Source: Octopus sinensis | Lineage: Eukaryota | Direction of reading: 5' to 3' | NCBI RefSeq assembly: GCF_006345805.1 | Contig: NC_043007.1 | Location: 3,534,001-3,598,000 of the forward strand | Length of the DNA stretch: 64,000 nt | Shown: one piece after another, positions 62,480 to 64,000 of the stretch | Position numbering within the stretch: position 1 is the stretch's first letter | How the letters are laid out: each line of letters starts with the position of its first letter | Position numbers and translations under genes: made by a program | Notes under the pieces: generated by a model | The model's input: only the letters and a program-made list of their open reading frames with translations | The model's database searches: none | Told to the model about the DNA's origin: nothing

Positions 62480-63373
62480 CATCAATACAAAATGCGTTAT
62501 TTGACGCATTCAGTGTACACATTTAATGTATACAGTGTAAGAAGAGTTGATGACTATGCACCCGAAATCCGAAATCGACCGTTGAATAGCTTCGTGATAA
62601 AACGAATACAAAACAATTTCTATTGGTGAGTGTGTGTGTTTAGCTACATATGTATGTGCGTGTGTGTTTAGGTGTGTATGTGTGTATATGTTGTATGTAT
62701 ACATATGTGTGTTTAGAGATGCATTCCAATATGTTTTAGTAACGCAAAATCTCATTGTGCCCTGTGGCACTTGAGGCGACAGCAAAATCATTCCACCGTC
62801 TGACACTGAAAGCGTCCTTGACAACTTGTTCCATTGTATATATGTATGTTTATATATATACATATATATATACACATATAAATGTATATATATATATATA
62901 TATAAATGTATATATATATATATAAATGTATATATGTAATTTATATGTCATGTATATTATATATTTATAAATGTGCGCGTGTATGTGCGTGTATGTGGTG
63001 TGTGCGCGTGTGCGCGTGTGTGTGCGTGCGTCTATTTGCATGTGTGCATGTATGTGCACGTGTGCGTCGATGTGCGTGTGCGTATGCGTGTGTATGTGCA
63101 CTGAACACTCCTCCGAATCGCAGGATTCACAACATTCAACCTATTACGGCCTCATCGTGCTCAAAGTGACTTACAAAATAAATTTGACAACATAATGAAT
63201 GTTCGGCCACTTTCCGAATCAGACTTAATGAAGCTGCCATGCTTGGCACGACTTGCGAGAAATGCGAAAGTTGATTGGACAAAGTTGTTGACATTTATGG
63301 AAACAAGGAAGTAGCGAGTACAATGAGATGAAAAGGATGTATAAAGTATACCCTTTTAACTTTACCCCAGATC

Positions 63374-64000
63374 TACGAGAGGAAGTCAAAAGTTATACGC
63401 ACTTTTGTTTCAGTAGTTTATTAAACCAAAAGCAAGAGACGAAGAATTACATCATTCTTCGACAGTCTCCTTACTCTTTGGTGCACTTCTAATGGTCTAC
63501 AAGCTTATTCAGTTGGAGAAGGTTTACGGTTGGTCGCATTCATGCACCGCTTTCTGCGCTTCTTCGTCCTTAGCAAATCGACAACCACGTAGGGGATGTT
63601 TTCAGCGGTCCAAAAAGATGATAGTCGGAAGGGGCGGAATGTGGACTATATGCAGGGTGTTTTAGCAACTCGAAATCTAATTTTTCAATGGTTTCAATGG
63701 TGTGAGCGGCCATATGGGAGCTTGCAATGTCGTGCTACAAAAACATTTGTTTTGACAATAAACCTCAGCATTTTATACGAATTTCCAGAAAGATCAAACC
63801 ACGGTTCCGTAATCACAAGAGTACCAGCTTTTGGTATACGAGCGCTGAAGGCAGTGCGGTCAATCTAAAAAAAGTTTTGGTGAAAGTGTGGATAATTTTT
63901 TTGACTTCTTGTGTACATAGATACGTAATGAATATCTCGCAGATGGTTAAATAAGGATGTGGGATTTATGCAGGAGGCTTGCATCAGTACTTGAGTGAAG
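63374..64000 (-). mobile_element. mariner transposon 3' part (runs off the window end)
   Basis: Minus strand IEKLDFELLKHPAYSPHSAPSDYHLFGPLK (YSPDLAPSDY motif); terminus TA|CGAGAGGAAGTCAAAAGT at 63374. Confidence 0.85.

Overview
AT-rich, microsatellite-saturated animal DNA, most likely from an octopus (coleoid cephalopod). That assignment is inferred from recalled octopus-type tRNA-derived SINE families and the repeat landscape; no database search was run. No complete host gene is recognisable. Nearly all ORFs in the supplied track are translations of microsatellites or antisense SINE text, and only a few low-confidence minus-strand exon candidates exist. The window is a transposon graveyard. 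It holds about 30 copies of modular tRNA-derived SINEs, a 5'-truncated CR1-group LINE with a 317-codon RT ORF, a Tx1/L1-clade ORF2 fragment and a gag-only two-LTR Gypsy derivative. It also holds four mariner remnants, a Sola-like foldback element, non-autonomous Helitrons, a foldback MITE and Penelope-like LTR remnants with decayed hammerhead motifs. The most unusual structures are (i) head-to-tail SINE dimers and a tetramer, each bounded by a single target-site duplication and joined at recurrent fixed internal points, and (ii) a composite insertion in which a Tx1 fragment is bracketed by a palindromic 19-bp minisatellite and a ~500-bp CpG-rich (CCGAT)n array with graded edges. SINE family labels A-F are my working names.
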